Notes under the pieces: model-generated
What the model saw: the letters and a program-made list of their open reading frames with translations, nothing else
Databases searched by the model: none
Told to the model about the DNA's origin: nothing
Program-made: the position numbers and the translations under genes
NCBI GenBank assembly: GCA_965238075.1
Contig: OZ250173.1
Location: 960,001 to 1,024,000, forward strand
Direction: 5' to 3'
DNA from: Candidatus Entotheonellaceae bacterium
GTDB taxonomy: Bacteria; Tectomicrobia; Entotheonellia; Entotheonellales; Entotheonellaceae
Length of the DNA: 64,000 bases
In this document: positions 62,699-64,000 of the stretch, in pieces
Position numbering within the stretch: the stretch's first letter is position 1
How the letters are laid out: every line of letters begins with the position of its first letter

Positions 62699-64000
62699 AT
62701 GAACACGCTGCAAGCCGTAGCGCGACTTTTGAAGGTAGAAGGCGTCGAGTGGGTGGCATGCTTTCCGTCCAATAATCTCATCGAAGAGGTGGCCAACGAA
62801 GGCATCCGTCCCATCATGTTTCGGCAGGAGCGCGGCGCCATGATGGCCGCCGACGGATACAGCCGCATGCACGACCGCAGGAAGTTCGGCGTGGTCATCA
62901 CCCAGGGCGGCCCCGGCTCCGAGAACTCCATGGGCGGCTTGGCCCAGGCGTTCGGCGACAACGTGCCCATCCTCTACCTGCCCGGCGGCCCAGCGGTGAA
63001 CCAGCACGACATCCGGCCCAATTTTTCCCCGGTGCGGACGTACCAGTCGGTGTGCAAATACGGCGAGGTGATCTGGAAACCGGACATGGTCGGCAGCGTC
63101 ATGCGGCGCGCTTTTCACCACCTGCGCAACGGGCGTTCAGGTCCGGTGATCGTCGAGATCCCCGGTGATGTCGGCACCGGCGAGGTACCCGATGCCGTGG
63201 TGCAGAACTACCAGCCGCCCAAGCGCCACCTGCAGGCGCCGTCGGCGGGCGACGTGAAGGACGCCGTCAAGTTGTTATTGGGCGCCCGCAAGCCGCTCAT
63301 CTGGTCCGGCATGGGCACGTTGATGGCGGAAGGCACTGAGGAGTTGCGGGAATTGGCCGAGCTGACGGAAGTGCCGGTCTACTGCACCATGCCCGGCAAG
63401 TCCGGCTTCGACGAGCGCCACCCGCTGGCCCTGGGCTCCGGCAGCGGCGCCACCGGCCTGCACGCGCGGCGCTGGATTCAGGAATCCGACGTGCTGCTCG
63501 CCCTCGGCTCCAGCATGACCCGTACCACCTACGGCCAGCCCATCCCGGACGGCAAGACGATCCTCCACAACACCGAGAGCATCGAGGACATCAACAAGGA
63601 CTTTTCCGCTGCCGTCGGCCTGCCCGGCGATGCCCGCCTCGCCATCCGCATGCTCATCGACGAGGTGAAGGGGCAACTTGGGGAGAACGGCCGCAAGGGG
63701 CAGACCCAAGTCGCCGCGGAGATCGCCGAAGTGAAGCAGCAATGGATGTCCGAGTGGACCGACACCCTGCGCTCCGACGAGGTGCCGGTGACCGCCTACC
63801 GCATCATTGGCGAGCTGGAACGCAACCTCGACAAGGACAACAGTATCGTCACCCACGACGCCGGCACGCCGCGCGACACCATCATGCCGTTCTACACGGC
63901 CACCGTGCCCCACAGCTACGTCGGCTGGGGCAAGACCACCCACCTCGGCTACGGCATCCCGCTGATGATCGGTGCGAAGCTCGCCAAGCCCGACAAGTTC
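62699..64000 (+). CDS. Thiamine pyrophosphate-dependent enzyme (acetolactate synthase superfamily), truncated by the window end
   Basis: Manual translation MNTLQAVARLLKVEGVEWVACFP...RQERGAMMAADGYSR...QGGPG...THDAGTPRD...GWGKTTHLGYG; RBS GGAGG. Confidence 0.9.
   Translation, partial: MNTLQAVARLLKVEGVEWVACFPSNNLIEEVANEGIRPIMFRQERGAMMAADGYSRMHDRRKFGVVITQGGPGSENSMGGLAQAFGDNVPILYLPGGPAVNQHDIRPNFSPVRTYQSVCKYGEVIWKPDMVGSVMRRAFHHLRNGRSGPVIVEIPGDVGTGEVPDAVVQNYQPPKRHLQAPSAGDVKDAVKLLLGARKPLIWSGMGTLMAEGTEELRELAELTEVPVYCTMPGKSGFDERHPLALGSGSGATGLHARRWIQESDVLLALGSSMTRTTYGQPIPDGKTILHNTESIEDINKDFSAAVGLPGDARLAIRMLIDEVKGQLGENGRKGQTQVAAEIAEVKQQWMSEWTDTLRSDEVPVTAYRIIGELERNLDKDNSIVTHDAGTPRDTIMPFYTATVPHSYVGWGKTTHLGYGIPLMIGAKLAKPDKF

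Overview
GC-rich bacterial chromosomal window with about 57 CDS. It is mostly core and accessory metabolism: hisS, hisC, proA, dapF, ltaE, speA, murA, lon, fabH-like, gltBD, and amtB with a divergent NifA-like sigma-54 activator. It also carries a tcuA-etfB-etfA-comB operon and a DUF1800-NHL-DUF1501 operon. The gene mix (LLM oxidoreductase, amidohydrolase, CaiC-like ligase, TPP enzyme) suggests a lineage such as Tectomicrobia/Entotheonella, but this is inference only. The main hidden signal is at 48.1-49.5 kb: two tandem UGA-recoded selenoprotein genes that the ORF track misses or truncates. One is ArsC/Spx-like (U-T-T-C) and one is glutaredoxin/NrdH-like (U-G-P-C). Each has a SECIS-like hairpin whose apical GU lies 24 nt after the UGA. 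They follow comEA and converge on a ferredoxin:thioredoxin reductase catalytic subunit. Other notable items: a 1080-aa membrane-anchored protein built from two near-identical tandem arrays (306 bp and 249 bp units); a decayed AT-richer patch with an IS5 end and a hicB / nonsense-hicA pair; a frameshifted coiled-coil gene; REP-like palindrome mosaics; and clear sigma-54 and sigma-70 promoters. No rRNA, tRNA or CRISPR array was seen.
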